Of a stretch of 64,000 nucleotides of DNA, positions 62,046-64,000 are shown one piece after another. Within the stretch, counting starts at the first letter, position 1. Each line of letters starts with the position of its first letter. The notes under the pieces were generated by a model. That model saw only the letters and a program-made list of their open reading frames with translations. It was not told the DNA's origin and made no database searches. A program made the position numbers and the translations under genes. Origin of the DNA: Isurus oxyrinchus (taxonomy: Eukaryota); contig JANJGN010000016.1 in the NCBI GenBank assembly GCA_026770705.1, positions 36,208,001 through 36,272,000 of the forward strand, written 5' to 3'.

Positions 62046-62676
62046 GTGAAAGAAGTCCGGAATCGTCTAAATGACGTTTTGATCCAATCTTATTTTCTGT
62101 TACGTTTAATTATTTGTATTTACATTTACAATGCCTTCTATTCAGTGAATAACTTGTTTTCCATCTTATATTCTTCACTTAGCCCAAACTCGCATGATGA
62201 AAAATAATTAGAACTTTACATTACACAAAACCTTTTTGTTTTAGAATGTTATCCAAAAATATGAAGCATTTTATCCTGTGATTATCATAGTCATGATCAA
62301 CATTTTATACAAAAACATTTCTGTGTTCCTGTGTGGCTTACATTTCACTGATCTTTGTCTGTATATTGTCAAAGCTAAATGAAAGCAGCAATCATATACA
62401 GAAACATTGCAATTGTGTTATTTTGTTCAATATATATAATTTTGTGTAAGTATTAATTTACACAACTACAACACAGAAATGGTCATACATATGCTTGCCT
62501 CTGATCTGGAAAATGCTGGCAGCTGAGTGAAGTGATAGGCTAGAATTAGGGCAGAAAATTATTTATTTGATAATTATGTATGGTGGTAATTGCAGATAAT
62601 TTGCATGCTGACTCTCCACCTCTCTGAGACCTCTCTTTTTATATGTAATGAGTGCTGTAGGTATGTAAATTGTTGA

Positions 62677-62790
62677 AGACAAATGCAAAATACTGAAAGT
62701 GCTGGAAATCGAAAATAAAAACAGAAAATACTGGAAATACACAGCAGGTCAGACAGTATCTGTGGAGAGATAAACAGAGGATGGAACCTT
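62677..62790 (-). mobile_element. Penelope-like terminal fragment
   Basis: Similar to 47858-47950. Confidence 0.65.
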
Positions 62791-63169
62791 CTAAACTTAA
62801 TCCCTGTAAGGACAGCAGGACTGTCTGCAAGTCAGGAAACTGATTCACCAATTGGCGGACTTTGCCAAGGCCCTCTCCCAATGCCATGACATAAATATCC
62901 AGCATTCCCCCGGCCAATCAGGGAGGGCAGGTGGGATGACCCACTGGAAATCAAAGAAGAGATTTCTAATTAAAGGGACCACGACATGGGTTAGAAAGGC
63001 TCACCTGTACCTGGATTTTTCATGCTGCAGCAACCAGAGGAACAGAGGAAGGTTTTGCCATGCATCTCACACACTTACCTGGAAGTTCTTCCACTGGATC
63101 CGAGGTGAGTAGTCCCAATGATGGGAGGAAAAGGATTATCTCTCTAATCTAAGCAAGCATGGATGGAAT

Positions 63170-64000
63170 GGACACTGACCTTCCCAGCATTCTCCAACAA
63201 AGCAAGCCTCATGTCAAAACCCTTTGTAGCTCCCCTCATTCCTGTCCCTGCAGGAACCTCACCCCCCTGGTATGGTAGACTATCTCTCTAGTGCCAGGGT
63301 CAAGGATGTCACTGAGCAGCTGCGGGACATTCTGAAGGGGGAGGGTGATGGTCCATGATCAGAGGATTATTTAAATGATGATATATTGGGAAATGTGGAT
63401 GTACAAAGGGATCTGGGTGTTCTTGTACACCAGTCAATGAAAGTAAATAGGCAGGTGCAGCAAACAATTAGGAAGGCAAATGTTGGCCTTCATTGCAAGA
63501 GGATTTGAGTTCAGGAGTAGGGATGTCTTACTGCAGTTATACAGGGCCTTGGTGAGACAACACCTGGAGTATTGCATGCAGTTTTGGTCTCCCTACTTAA
63601 GAAATGATATACTTGTCATAAAGGGAGTGCAGTGAAGGTTCACTAGGCTGATAGCGGAGATGGCAGGACTGTCGTAAGAGGAGAGATTGGTTCAACTGGG
63701 TCTGTATTCACTAGAGTTTAGAAGAATGAGAGGGGATCTGATTGAAACATATAAAATTCTAACAGGGCTAGACGGATGCAGGGAGGATGTTTCCCCTTGT
63801 TGGGGAGTCTAGAACCAGGGGCTACAGCCTTAGGATATGGGGCAGGCCATTTAGGACTGAGATGAGGAAAGATTTCTTCACTCAGAGGGTGGTTAACCTA
63901 TGGAATTCTCTACCACAGAAGACTGTGGAGATCAGGTCACTGAGTATATTCAAGAAAGAAATTGATAAATTTTTGGATATTAAGGGCATCAAGGGGTATG
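63170..64000 (+). mobile_element. CR1 LINE fragment running off the window
   Basis: Homologous to 36330-36950 (LYRALVRQHLEYC..., [14 protein letters not shown]). Confidence 0.88.

Noticed and set aside
1-64000. Prokaryotic systems (CRISPR arrays, operons, retrons), rRNA or true tRNA genes
   Set aside because: Vertebrate-type intronic DNA; no regularly spaced repeats; RTs are LINE/Gypsy/PLE type; tRNA-like pieces are SINE heads.

Overview
Eukaryotic, repeat-rich genomic DNA. The repeat set (Harbinger transposons and MITEs, CR1/L2/RTE/Vingi-like LINEs, Deu- and LF-type SINEs, Gypsy LTRs, Penelope-like elements) resembles a cartilaginous fish; that organism call is an inference. Most ORF-track entries are transposon debris or noise. 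A + strand spliced gene runs through the window. I could chain 13 GT-AG exons with consistent phases from 2447 to a stop at 62045. I do not recognise the protein. Its C-terminal half contains a duplicated three-exon module (83/98-107/233 nt). The most unusual signals are Penelope-like (PLE) sequences carrying hammerhead-ribozyme motifs. These are a 4.3-kb head-to-head palindromic PLE with a 13-bp TSD, a 384-bp fold-back element of a second family with the same asymmetric architecture, and two ~99-bp 'hammerhead-only' insertions with identical ends and 11-12-bp TSDs. A 169-bp locally templated inverted insertion and several deep transposon nests are also present. All calls were made by eye, with no database searches.
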